Source: Spirochaetia bacterium (GTDB lineage: Bacteria; Spirochaetota; Spirochaetia; SZUA-6; Bin103). Taken from it: a stretch of DNA of 64,000 nucleotides. The notes beneath the pieces were generated by a model. The model ran no database searches, was not told the origin of the DNA, and was given only the letters and a program-made list of their open reading frames with translations. The stretch covers positions 128,001 to 192,000 of the forward strand of contig CBDBOV010000001.1 of assembly GCA_965208575.1 (NCBI GenBank). Direction: 5' to 3'. Position numbers and translations under genes: made by a program. Every line of letters starts with the position of its first letter. Within the stretch, counting starts at the first letter, position 1. Positions 44,183 to 54,935 of this stretch are shown piece by piece.

Positions 44183-44868
44183 GATGGGGTAAGTTCTAGG
44201 CTGATGAACGCACCAATGCTATGCAAATAAGTCAGTCGAACCGACTTCACTGATCCGTCTTCAACAACAACTGATAGCCAACGAAAAGGTTGTCGATCGT
44301 GGTCTCTAGTGTCAGATAGTTGGTACTCGAATGTAACTCTGTAGGGATCTCCTTCTGACTCTCGAAGGCACATTGATTGCAGTTCTATGCAAAGGTCCTT
44401 TCGTTGATTTCGGGCAGAACGAGTGGCCGTTCCTACCTCAGATTTTTTTCCAACGATGGTAGTGACACAGGAAATAAATGTGTTCCAATCTATTCCTCTG
44501 CTTTCGACTCCTAGTCGAACTCTTTCTACGGTAACGCAATGTTTTGCGTCAGTGTACCCTTCGTGTCTATAGTAAAATCGCGCATTGTCGAATCGTGCAG
44601 AATCCAGGGACAGGTCTGTTTCTTTGAATTGCGGTGCGACATTTTTCATCATCGTTCTGCTTATATCGCGGATGCATTCGAGGTTGTGTAACTGTTCTAG
44701 TCCCTCCTCATACAGCGTCCTATCGTGAAACAAGATAGCCGTCCCGGATTGTGTCTTGCAACTTTCCAGCTTAATAATGACCTCATCGAATAGAGAGATG
44801 CTACTGATAGCCCCGACCGACATCGATACCAGGAAAGTCGTTACCAGTAGACATAGAAGTTTCACCAT
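44167..44868 (-). CDS. Hypothetical secreted protein
   Basis: Signal peptide, AAGGAG RBS, low GC. Confidence 0.65.
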   Translation of the reverse strand: MVKLLCLLVTTFLVSMSVGAISSISLFDEVIIKLESCKTQSGTAILFHDRTLYEEGLEQLHNLECIRDISRTMMKNVAPQFKETDLSLDSARFDNARFYYRHEGYTDAKHCVTVERVRLGVESRGIDWNTFISCVTTIVGKKSEVGTATRSARNQRKDLCIELQSMCLRESEGDPYRVTFEYQLSDTRDHDRQPFRWLSVVVEDGSVKSVRLTYLHSIGAFISLELTPSWATS

Positions 44869-45083
44869 CAGTTTCTCCTTGCAACCTTGAGGCAATAGGT
44901 GGCGCTGTCCTCGTGGTTGTCTGCGATCGGAGAACCTTACGGCCGTCTTCCGCTGGTGTCAACGACATCTCGGGCGCGACGGGCGCGACGGGCGCGAGCG
45001 GCGAGAGCGGTAGCAGATCGTTGACTCTAGGCAGAAAAAGGGTCTGCCTACCGCACAACACCACACGCCATGGGCAGGTAGAT

Positions 45084-45203
45084 CCGCGCGGGCGGTAGGA
45101 ACTTCTGATTCCAAGGCGTCCGCAACTGCCTGATCAACATCGCCGACCGCGAGTTGACCCTGCCGCGTTCGCTGACCAGGCGGCTGGTCAACCACGCCCG
45201 CCT
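45084..45203 (+). pseudogene. Integrase fragment F17 (the only inverted copy)
   Basis: RNCLINIADRELTLPRSLTRRLVNHAR on the + strand. Confidence 0.85.
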
Positions 45204-45582
45204 CACCGGTTCCGACTGGCCGACTACGCCTTTGCCGGGCGGGAGCCAAACCCGCTCGATCGCTACGAAAGGGATTAGATCACTCGTCCTCCGTTCCAGG
45301 ACTCATCCTGGCGCAACTCATTTGGGGTCTGAGGCACTGATCTCACGTCCTCCAACTACATCATATAGAAGATATTCCTTCTCCAGTGACCACATCAAGG
45401 ACCGATACTCATCGAGATCCCCCTCCACCTTCCGAATCTCCTCGACAAGCGCTGCGCTTCGACGTCATCCCTGCTCCGCCGCGCTCACCGCGATGTATTG
45501 CGTTGCGCGCCCAGGGCGGTGTGAGGGAGTACCGGTTGCGGTGACGATGGCGTAGGCGGAGAAGCGACCGGGGGCGTAAAGT

Positions 45583-45623
45583 GTGAAGCCCGCAGCGATG
45601 AGTGCTGCGGGCTTCACTTTTTT
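45583..45623 (+). terminator. Intrinsic terminator
   Basis: gtgaagcccgcagc-loop-gctgcgggcttcac followed by T6. Confidence 0.8.
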
Positions 45624-46105
45624 CAGGCGGCCTCGGCGTGCGGGAGAACCGCCAGCCGAGGCCAACGAGAGGCAGCGTGACCGAGGGTGCAACCGAGGCA
45701 CACGCGCTCCCGTTCGCGACGACGAACTACGAGGCGGATGAGGACGGAACCCTACACGCCGTGCTGCCGTCGCGATGCGTCTACGCCACGGGGGAGCAGA
45801 CGTGTGCCATCTTCGTCGATCATTACCGAGAGCGCAAGAGCGGGCCGTGCTACCCAGCAATTCTCGGTGAGCGGCGGTTGACGGCCTGAGGCGGATGTTT
45901 GGGGGCCGGCACGGCAAGGAGGTGACGAGAGCACGTCGGCAGAACGAACCGGGCGGCGCAAACGGGCGGATTCCGGGTAAGACTCGGTTCAGCGAGCCGT
46001 TTCTGACGATGGATGGCACGTTTCGACCGCTGGAAGAGATGCGTTGCAAGGTTGTCGGGGCGCACCGGTCGGTGGCCGTGGCACGAATCGGGACAAGCTG
46101 GGGCA

Positions 46106-46325
46106 CTAGCGATCCTGATAGGGCGGCAACGGCTGCGGTGGCGAGTTCATGCGCACCAGCACTTGGTCCCAGGAGGTAAACAGAAACAGCCGGAAGGCGG
46201 AGCGCACCTCGTCCCAGAACGCACGGCGGGAGGAGAAGAAGGTGCGGACGCGCTGATACAGGCCGTCCACCAGTTCAAAGATCTGGTGCATGAAGAAGGC
46301 TATCAAGTTGAGCGTAAACAACGCT
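46106..46325 (-). pseudogene. Transposase C-terminal fragment (ISNCY-like)
   Basis: LNLIAFFMHQIFEL..RRAFWDEVRS..SWDQVL; cut by IS3. Confidence 0.55.
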
Positions 46326-48611
46326 TGAGGGTGCCCCGTTTCGGTGGACAGGTAACTACTGAGGTGGCGGGGTAGTGCATGGTAGGTTGAGGTGTATTCG
46401 GTTGGTTGTCAACCCGCGCCTCCACGACCCCCACGACACGACGCCTCCCGAGATTCCACGGCAAATAAACGGTGGCGGTAAAGGGGGTGGGGATCCGGGG
46501 GAGGGGTGGGATTTGCCTGTGGATATGTGGACAAGTCCGCATCAAGCTGGGGGTGGTGGCGGTGTGGATGGCCGTGAGCGGCGCCGGTGTGCGCGGTCAG
46601 GAGATCGCACGACCGTGATCAGTGCTGGCGGCATGGACAGCGGGTGCCGGGAGTCGAAACGGAGCGCCTGAGGGAGGATTCGGGGTTCAGCAAGGGTATC
46701 CGGGACCACCTGCTCGCGAGGAGCGGCCTTACAGGGCCGCTGAGAGCGCCAGTTCGCGCCGCACCGGCAAGATGTCGGCCCGGGTGGGGCTGCAGCCGCC
46801 GGGAGCGGCGCGGTCGAGCCGGTCCGGGGCGCCCGTGTGGGGACGGACCCGCGAGCGGTGCGCCGCTTGGAAACTATGCAGCCGTCGCAACGGGTCGGCA
46901 GCAGGTTGCCTCAGTCGCGCCCATACCCGCGTGGCGGCTCGACGCTCTCCAGAGCACCAAGATCAAGCGCGCAAATCGCCTTCAGCTTGTCGCCGAGCGC
47001 GGTCTCCTGGAGCGCCTCGGGCAGGTTGTCGAGCCACGCTTGATACTCTCCCTGGAGGTCGAGCAGGGTGCGCACCGCATCCTGCCAGCGCTGCGGTCGG
47101 GAGCGCCGGTCGTGCGGTCGGCGGTACTGCGCTCGCGGCTGCTGCGCCTTGCGCCGCGCTCGATAGCGCCGTTGGCGTTGCGCGTTGGTCAACGCCATGG
47201 GCACTGATCACCGTTACGTAACGGCTCCTGGTCCAGCACCTCAGACGCTGCATCCCCGCTGCGCTGCGTGCTCACCGCGACGCCGGTCGGCGCGCGCAGC
47301 CGACTCGGACGCCAAGCGGTCCGGAGAGGGCCAATTGCCGACGAATATTGTCCCTGGAGGGGGCCGAGCGCCAGCATCGGCACCACGACGATGCTCATGC
47401 TGCCGCTCCTGTCCGAGTGGCCTCGAACGCGACCGGCGACTGGTAGCCCAGCGCCGAGTGACGCCGGCGACGGTTGTAGAACCCCTCGATGAACTCGAAT
47501 ATTGCCAAGCGCGCCTCGGCACGGCTGCGAAATCGGCTCCGATCCAGCAACTCGCACTCCAGGGTCGCGAAGAAACTTTCGCACATCGCATTGTCGTATG
47601 CATCGCCCACCGAGCCCATCGACGGACGCACGCCGGCCTCTTTGCAGCGTACCCCGAACGCAATCGAGGTGTACTGCGAGCCCTGGTCGCTGTGGTGGAT
47701 CACCTGCTCGGGTCGCCGCTGCCAGAGCGCCATGTCCAGCGCCTCCAGCACCAGTTCCGTGCGCAGATGACCGGCCATCGACCAGCCCACTACCCGGCGG
47801 CTCCAGGTATCCAGCACCACCGCCAAGTACAGAAACCCCGCCCACGTCGGCACGTACGTAATGTCGGCCACCCACAATTGGTCGGCCCCGGCCGCGGTGA
47901 AGTTCCGATCCACCAAGTCTGGCGCCGGTCGGGTCGCCGCGCCACGCGTTGTGGTCCTGGGCCCGCGGCGGCGACTGGCCCCTTCGATGCCGGCCTGCTT
48001 CATCAGCCGCGCCACCCGCTTGTGCCCGACTCGCTCGTTCTCAGCCTGCAACTCGGCGTGGATGCGCGGCCGACCATACACCTCGCGGTTGGCTCTCCAT
48101 ATCGTCGTGATACGTTCCCGCAACTGTTTGTCGCGCCGCTCTCGCGCCGACGGCTCGCGGTGCACCCACGCATAGTAGCCGCTGGCGGAGACCCAGCACT
48201 CGACATATCGTGCGTACCGGCCAGCGCGCCTGGTTGGCTTTCACGAACTCGAACCCCGCTCGGGGATCGAGTCGCTCTCCCGTGCGAACCAGGCCGCTGC
48301 TTTTTTTAGGATGTCACGCTCGATCCGCAGTTGCTTGTTCTCTCGCCGCAGTCGGCGCAGCTCCTGGCGTTCATCGCTGCTCAACCCGTCCTCGCGGCGT
48401 CCAGCGTCCCGCTCCTGCTGCGCCACCCAGTTGCGGATCGCGCCCGCGGACGGCTCGTACTCCAGCGCCAACTCCTCGGGCGTGCGCCCAGACTGCACCA
48501 GCTCGACCATCTGCTGGCGAAACTCAGGCGCGTATGGTCGATGTGTCTTCGGCATCGTTGCCTCCTCATTCCGCCTCACTCCTAATGTGTCCACGAAAGT
48601 GGGGCAACTCC
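46326..48611 (-). mobile_element. IS3-family element with passenger gene
   Basis: IRs tgagggtgccccgtttcggtggaca / tgtccacgaaagtggggcaactcca; orfA 48241-48555 with A7G slippery site; orfB to 47395 (WVADITY, HSDQGSQY, DNAMCESFF); passenger ORF 46911-47198. Confidence 0.85.
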
Positions 48612-49104
48612 AAATCCGCGCCGCGATGCCGACCGCAAGCGGGAACTGAAGCGGGAGGCACAAGCGCGGCGCAACGCCGGCCATGTGGACGCCACGCAGG
48701 TGCGCTACCGGGAGCGGTCGACGGTGGAGCGCGTCAACGGTCGGCTGAAGGACGAATTCGGCGCCCGGCAAGTACGGGTGCGTGGACACAGCAAGGTACT
48801 GTGCCACCTGATGTTCGGCATCCTGGCGTTGACCGTGGACCAGTTGTTGCGCTTCGTGAACTGAGCCAGACCTCTGTTCTGCCCCCTGTAGCGCCGCAGC
48901 CAAGCTGATCTCCAGCAGGAGATAGGGCACCGTTCTGTCCGCACGCTGCCTCCCGAAGGCGCATGGCCCGTGGATTCTGGCCGGCTTCAGGCGCTGCTGA
49001 GGCTCTACGCCGAAAATTCGTCGAAGCTACCTAACAAAACCGCTCATCCTGTTCTCACCTCCCCAGCTTCTTCAGCAGCGCTCCAGAGTTTCTGCAAAAG
49101 GCTC
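48612..49104 (+). mobile_element. IS5/IS1182-like remnant (transposase 3' end + terminal IR)
   Basis: YRERSTVERVNGRLKDEFG..RG..KVLCHLMFGIL; ends ttctgcaaaaggctc. Confidence 0.7.
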
Positions 49105-49148
49105 CTACTATCCACAAAATGGGGTCACACCCCATGCGAGGCCGTTGC

Positions 49149-49394
49149 TCAGGAAAAATCGGGAGGTTCGCGCATCGGGCCGCGCGGCGGGAGTTCCAAC
49201 TCGACACCGCCAAGGGGCGCGAAACACTCGCGGGTGAATTCCGTCAGGTTCCGAAAATGGGGCTTCCCCTGACTCACGGCGTCACGCAAGATGATGCGCG
49301 CCTCCTCTTCCATCGAACGGCGGTGCTCGGCGGCGCGTACGCGCAGACGCGTTTTCACATGGTCATCGAGATTGCGGATGGTGATGCTCGCCAT
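49149..49394 (-). CDS. FitA-like antitoxin, second copy (toxin absent)
   Basis: Protein identical to 32163-32408. Confidence 0.9.
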   Translation of the reverse strand: MASITIRNLDDHVKTRLRVRAAEHRRSMEEEARIILRDAVSQGKPHFRNLTEFTRECFAPLGGVELELPPRGPMREPPDFS

Positions 49395-50039
49395 GGTGAG
49401 GTCCTCCGTTCCTGCGGTGCCTATTCTATAGGATGATTGCGGTGCAATCAAGTTTGCCGCGGGATGCCGGTGGGGTGCCGGGGTGCCAACACGAGTGGGC
49501 CGTCCCCTCGCCCAATCGGAGCCCAAATCCTCGCCTGAGTTTCGGAGGACCGCCGCCAGCGCCCCTCAGGGCCGACGACTGGCCGACGGACGGCTCGCGG
49601 GAGGGGTGCGACGGGGTGGAGGTCAGACTGCACCGGACGGCTGGCGAAGGACGAGTGGCCAGAATTCCGTAGCTGCTGACCGTGGCGGCCCGCTTGGTGC
49701 GGCGCACTGACACCTTGGCGGCCGAGCTGGCGTCGGCGCGCACCGAGCTACGCGCCGACGTGGCTGAGGTGCGCCGCGACCTGCACGCCGAGGCTACGGC
49801 CATCCGCGCCGACGTGCACGCCCTGGCGGAGCGGGTGGCGCGCATCGAAGGCACCATGATGGGCCCCTGGCGCGCGGCGAACGGCAGCCCGGCGCCCTCG
49901 ACCAGCACGGCACCGGAGGCGAGGCCGTGACCGACGAGGCTCCCACCGTGCCGACTATACGCGGCGTCTATCGTCTGGACCGCATGACCGGCCCTGTTGG
50001 AACAGTTGCTGTTCGCTTCGTTCAAGGGCGGCGACGCGA

Positions 50040-50870
50040 TCGACCGGCATAGCACCTCCGCTTCCAGTGTCGTACGCGGACCTACGTAAATCTCGCTCTC
50101 CTCGCGACCCGCGCCCCGCCAACGGAACAGGTCGAGATTGCGGAAGAGACCGGCGATCATCGAGAGATCGGCGTCCTGTGCGCTTCCGGTGACGGCACGC
50201 ATCAGAAGATTGACCGGCCGCAGGCAGTCGAGGCTCCCAGCTACCATGACGAAGTCGATGAGCAGATGCACCGTGTCTTCCGAGTCGTCCGGTAATTCGT
50301 TACCACGTTCGTCGAACAACGGTTGGTAACGGCTGACGATACCCGCATCCAGCAACCTCTGATGGAGCAACGTCATCGGCTCGACCTGCCGGGTCTGGCG
50401 ACCTCTTGAACGCAATTCGATGGCCGCCGTTCGCGCCTCTCTGTTCAGGCCAGCACCAATGCGCGGCCGGCTGGCTGGAAGCAAACGGTACAAGGACGAC
50501 AGTATGTGGCCCGGTTCCGAGATGCTTCGATCCGATATGTCGACGTGCCTGCCGACCAGGGCAGTGAGTCTGTCTTCTTCGTCGTCCGACAGTCGGGCGG
50601 GAGCTACGATCCCGGCTTGATTCTGACCCTCCGTACCCAGGTCGCTACGATACTGAGAGCCAACAACCACCGTGCGACGACCACGGCTCCGTAAGCCCAT
50701 GAGCAACTCGTAGTAACGATCGTATTCCGCGTTCGCGTCGCACACGATCAAGGTGGCGGCGGCGCCGGCCCGCTCGGCGGACTCGCAGAACTCGGACACG
50801 TCGCGTGACACCGGTACGCGTCCCATCGCATAATCCAGCACCCGGTCCAGCAACGGCACCGCATGTCGAA
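50040..50870 (-). pseudogene. Internal fragment of a large NTPase-like gene
   Basis: Protein-like segment (TLIVCDAN, TVVVGS) inside chimeric ORF 49426-51660. Confidence 0.4.
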
Positions 50871-50984
50871 TTCGCCCGGCGTTGCACTCGCTCCGGCTCC
50901 TCGGCAGGCGCGCCTGCCCATCATGTTCGCCCGCCCGGCTGAACAGAAAATAGAGCGGGGGCCTCGCTCTACTGCGTACCGCCA

Positions 50985-51117
50985 GTCGACCGGGTTGCGC
51001 AGCCCCTCGTGATCGACGCAGGCGCGGCGGCAGATGGAGCGCAGCAGCGAGATCACCTGGTTGCCGATCGCCCAGCCGTGCTTGCTGCTGAGCAGGATGA
51101 AGCGCGCCTCCACCTCG
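50985..51117 (-). pseudogene. Integrase fragment F18
   Basis: Matches ~52486-52617; joined to the PIN fragment through shared ccacctcgc. Confidence 0.85.
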
Positions 51118-51702
51118 CCGCGGGTTGTCGTCGACCTCTACCGTGAAGGGGTTATTGGCCTGCCCAAGGCGCGGACGGCCCTGGAGACGCTGGCGGTCGC
51201 CGGTAGATATCCGCGTGATGTCATGGCTGCCGCATTGGTGGCGTTGCTGGAGGAGCAGCAGGATGACCAAACCCATGACCATCCGCCTTCCTGAGGATGT
51301 CTTGAGCGAACTCGGCCGGGCGCGCGCAGGCAGCCGGCAAGGATCGAGCGACCCTGGTGCGGGAGTTGCTTCGGGCTGCACTGGACCGGGACAAGGAAGA
51401 TGAGGTCGTAACCGGCTACGTGTCCGGTCGCCTTGCCCCTGTCGCAGGCCGGCGCGCGACTCGGCACCGACGGATGGTCGCTGTTCGACATCCTCGCACG
51501 GAGGGGCGAGACGGTGAGCGTATCGTTGGAAGATTGGAGGGACTCGACTACGTCGCGGGCGCCTGAGCCGCCCTGTTGAGGTTGGCCGACGGGAGGGGTC
51601 CACCACGCCGCTGCCGCGGGCTGATCCGTTCCGCCGACGGAGGCTCCGCTCCATCGGCATCGGCGAGGATCGCCGTCCTGCCGGCGGTCCGGACGGGCGC
51701 TT

Positions 51703-51721
51703 GTCAACACTGGGTCAACAC
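51703..51721. promoter_or_regulatory. GTCAACAC-N3-GTCAACAC doublet, candidate integrase arm-type sites
   Basis: Conserved at 33481, 36524, 38876, 42514 and 51703; CAACAC doublets also upstream of int at 53123-53142 and 61083-61102. Confidence 0.5.
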
Positions 51722-51796
51722 CGGTCGCCGCGCGGCAACCGGCCCGCACTCGGCACCGGGGTGGCCACCGGCGTTGCGTGCACCGGGTGCGGCGGC

Positions 51797-53089
51797 TCAC
51801 CCTGCCGCCGCCGGGTCGGGGTGGCCGGCGTCGGGCTGCACGGTTTGCCCCTCGTCCTGCTCACACTCCGGGCCGGCCTCCAGGATGGCGTCTATGCGGT
51901 CGGCGATGAGTTGGGCCGGGCCGCGGAGCTGGCCGATGGTCCAGTCGGCCGCGTAGCCCTCGGTCACGTCGGTGGGGCGGGCGTGGTTGACCAGCCGCTT
52001 GGTCAGCGAACGCGGCAGGGTCAACTCGCGGTCGGCGATCGTGATCAGGCAGTTGCGGAAGCCGTGGAACCAGAACTTCCTGCCGCCCGCGCGCGAGATG
52101 CGGGCATACAGGTGGGTGAGCACCGACACGTGGCCCGACCGGCTCGCCGGCGACGGGAACACCCAGCCGGTGCCGCCGGTCTCGCTGCGCCGCCATTCCA
52201 GGATCGCCGCAAGCTGCCGGGTAATCGGCAGTTCGAGCGGGGTACCGGTCTTGGTGTGCGGCACGTGCACGACGCCGCGGGCCAGGTCCACGCGCTCCCA
52301 GCGCAGCGTCAGTATTTCGCCCCGCCGCATCCCGGAGTACATGGCAACCCAGAAGATCGAGCGGGTCGCCGGGTCCTTCACCACCGCCTCGATGCCGCGC
52401 TGCCAGTAGGGCAGGGCTTCCGCGGGCGACGAGATCACCCGCCGCACGATCGGGTTGAACCGCCCGCCCGCGGCCAGCCACAGGTCGACCGGGTTGCGCA
52501 GGCCCTCGTGATCGACGCAGGCGCGGCGGTAGATGGAGCGCAGGAGCGAGATCACCTGGTTGCCGATCGCCCAGCCGTGCTCCCTGGTGAGCAGGATGAA
52601 GCGCGCCTCCACCTCGCGGCGCCCGATGGCATTCAGCGGGCGCGACACCCAGTCGGCGAGATAGTGCTCGATGGCGCGGTGGTAGGCGTCGCCGGTCTTT
52701 GCCGAGCGGTAGGACTTGGCGCTCATGAAGTCGCCGAACGCCTCGCACAGCGTCGGCATGCTCCGCGCCCGCGCGCGCTTGTCCGCCGGATCCTGGCCAT
52801 CGGCCACCTTGCCGAGCATCTGGCGGGCGATCCGACGCGCCTGCTCGGGCGTCACGGGGCCGAAGCGCCCGATCACCACGCGCTTGTTGGGCGCCTTGCG
52901 TCCGCCGTCGCCGGCGCGGTAGTTGACGATGAACGACTTGAGCCCCGAGGGCTGGACGCGAACGCCGAACCCGATGAGCTTGTCGTCCCATGCGATGAAC
53001 GCCTTGGCGGACGGCTCCAGCGCCGCGACGTTCCGTTTGTTCAGCGTCAGCCTGAGCCGCGCGGTACGCTTCCCGGTCGTCAATTCCAT
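51797..53089 (-). CDS. Tyrosine recombinase/integrase with N-terminal arm-DNA-binding domain
   Basis: WDDKLIGFGVRV.PSG.KSF..Y..IGRFG..T.EQAR; GMRRGEI, HTKTG, HGFR, LVNH, EGY; candidate promoter TTGATG-N17-TACCGT. Confidence 0.95.
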   Translation of the reverse strand: MELTTGKRTARLRLTLNKRNVAALEPSAKAFIAWDDKLIGFGVRVQPSGLKSFIVNYRAGDGGRKAPNKRVVIGRFGPVTPEQARRIARQMLGKVADGQDPADKRARARSMPTLCEAFGDFMSAKSYRSAKTGDAYHRAIEHYLADWVSRPLNAIGRREVEARFILLTREHGWAIGNQVISLLRSIYRRACVDHEGLRNPVDLWLAAGGRFNPIVRRVISSPAEALPYWQRGIEAVVKDPATRSIFWVAMYSGMRRGEILTLRWERVDLARGVVHVPHTKTGTPLELPITRQLAAILEWRRSETGGTGWVFPSPASRSGHVSVLTHLYARISRAGGRKFWFHGFRNCLITIADRELTLPRSLTKRLVNHARPTDVTEGYAADWTIGQLRGPAQLIADRIDAILEAGPECEQDEGQTVQPDAGHPDPAAAG

Positions 53090-53266
53090 GATTCCTGAAC
53101 GGTACCAGCACGATACGCTTTCATCAACACGAGGTGCAACACACGTGTCATCATAGTGGAGATTGCCGGTCCGTGCGTTCTATAGATACACGGAAACGCC
53201 ACCAACAAGTCGTAGAGTCGCACCTCGGAACACACAGATAGACGTGGTTCAACGAATCAATTCTAT

Positions 53267-54502
53267 ATGACACAGAGGGTTGCACGCCCGATGAAATTCG
53301 CGGCGTTCATTTCGATAATCGTTTCCGTGGCGGTTCTGTTCGCCGCCTGCCAAGGCGCCGTAGGTCCCAAGGGCGATCCCGGCGCAGATGGCAAGGATGG
53401 CACGCACGGCAAGGATGGCGCACCCGGCACGCCGGGGGCACCGGGCGAGCCGGGCCCGTCGGCTCTATACAAGACGTTTGATGCGTCCAATTACGCCGTG
53501 TACCTCAACAATGGCACGGTGGCGGACTCGGCGGGAGATCCGGTGATGGTTACCCTCAGCGAGCTTTTCAACGGCGGTATCGGAGAAGTCACCGTCAGTG
53601 ATCTCGGAACTCCTCTTAGTGCCGATGGAAGCTCCATTGCCGAGGCCGAGAGGATCTTCACCGCTGAGGTAGAGAATGGTGTTGTGACGTTCGCCGTTCG
53701 GATGGACAACGCCGATCCGCCGGCGCCGGCAGTTGCCAGCAACCAGTATGTTGTTAACAATTACCCCGTTACGATTGCTGATGACGCTGGGCCGGACCTG
53801 ACGCTAACCTTGTCCGTGCGACGGAATCAGCCGCCAGTGGCGCCCACTTTGGACGCTTTTTCCTTGGGTACCGACGACGCAGAGTTGGATAATGCACGAA
53901 CCGCCACCAACTTGAGTTGTGATACCCAGCACGAGTGCACCCTCACCGTTCCTGGTACCGATCCCAACACAGCCACCGGCGATATGTTGAGCTATGCTAC
54001 CGACTTCGAAAGCAACGCATTTGAGGTCGTAAGTGTTAAAGGTAACCAGATCGTCTTCCGCGGTCTGTCAACGACCAGCGATGGTGACGCCGCGACCACC
54101 GACGATTCCGTCGAAGTCACAGTTACGATTACCGACATGGGAGGTTTGGAAACCGAGGCAACTGTGGACGTGACAGTCGACGAAGCACCTCGCGGTAACA
54201 TACCGAATTTGAGCACGAAGTACGGCACGGGATCAGTGCGAACCCTGATCACTGACTTGGATGGGTTCTTTTCGGACCCGGACGGTGACGACGCCGCCCT
54301 CACTTATGAACTCAAGCCCAATGTCGTAAAAGCAAATATTGCGACGGTCACTGTTGCGGAGGTTGGCGGCCTGTATACCATGACGGTTACCCCGACCTCT
54401 TCTAACGGCGGTTCGACCGCCGTGACGATAGTCGCGATGGAGCCATCCGGCGGTCTGACGCAGAGTGGGGAAGCAACATTTACACTCACGGTGAACCAGT
54501 AG
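53267..54502 (+). CDS. Surface lipoprotein, collagen-like G-X-Y linker + cadherin/Ig-like beta domains
   Basis: Lipobox FAAC; GPKGDPGADGKDG..; FFSDPDGD, VTITDMGG. Confidence 0.85.
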   Translation: MTQRVARPMKFAAFISIIVSVAVLFAACQGAVGPKGDPGADGKDGTHGKDGAPGTPGAPGEPGPSALYKTFDASNYAVYLNNGTVADSAGDPVMVTLSELFNGGIGEVTVSDLGTPLSADGSSIAEAERIFTAEVENGVVTFAVRMDNADPPAPAVASNQYVVNNYPVTIADDAGPDLTLTLSVRRNQPPVAPTLDAFSLGTDDAELDNARTATNLSCDTQHECTLTVPGTDPNTATGDMLSYATDFESNAFEVVSVKGNQIVFRGLSTTSDGDAATTDDSVEVTVTITDMGGLETEATVDVTVDEAPRGNIPNLSTKYGTGSVRTLITDLDGFFSDPDGDDAALTYELKPNVVKANIATVTVAEVGGLYTMTVTPTSSNGGSTAVTIVAMEPSGGLTQSGEATFTLTVNQ

Positions 54503-54587
54503 GATGTATCGTTGCCCGTAGCGGTCGTGTTGAGGTGAGTATCCACTTATTGTGACATGACTTGCTGATACGCTAGGCCGAATATCG

Positions 54588-54637
54588 AGGCCCCGTGAGC
54601 AGCCTGAGAAGGCCGCATCGCGGGGCCTTCTTTCATT
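54588..54637 (+). terminator. Long hairpin terminator with GAGA loop
   Basis: aggccccg..gcctgagaaggc..cggggccttctttc. Confidence 0.7.
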
Positions 54638-54935
54638 CTCGATCACAGCGTTCACGGCAGTCTATCGAGAGTCGGACCAGAGGCGGTGTGTAGCCCACAG
54701 GTCGTCGTCCCCAACCCAACCGGAACCACGCGTGGCCATGTGAAGGAATCCCCTGCACGGAACCTATGTACGCCTGATCGTGGACGTTTTGTGGACGATC
54801 CGGCTACGGTACGTGTGCAACTGGTATACCGTGGCGTTAGGATCTCCCACGATCTGTCTTGAGATAGCGTGTATATTACATCATGAATTCCGTGGGTGCT
54901 CCCGCTCTGGACATTGTCAGGCGCGCGCCGCGCGC

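Noticed and set aside
49426-51660. 744-aa ORF
   Set aside because: Read-through across unrelated fragments; only ~50040-50870 looks protein-like
51701-53111. Long alternative ORFs over integrase copies (e.g. 51701-53098, 33178-34584, 38529-39899, 51861-53111)
   Set aside because: Antisense or shifted shadows of a high-GC gene; no motifs, and they end wherever the fragments end
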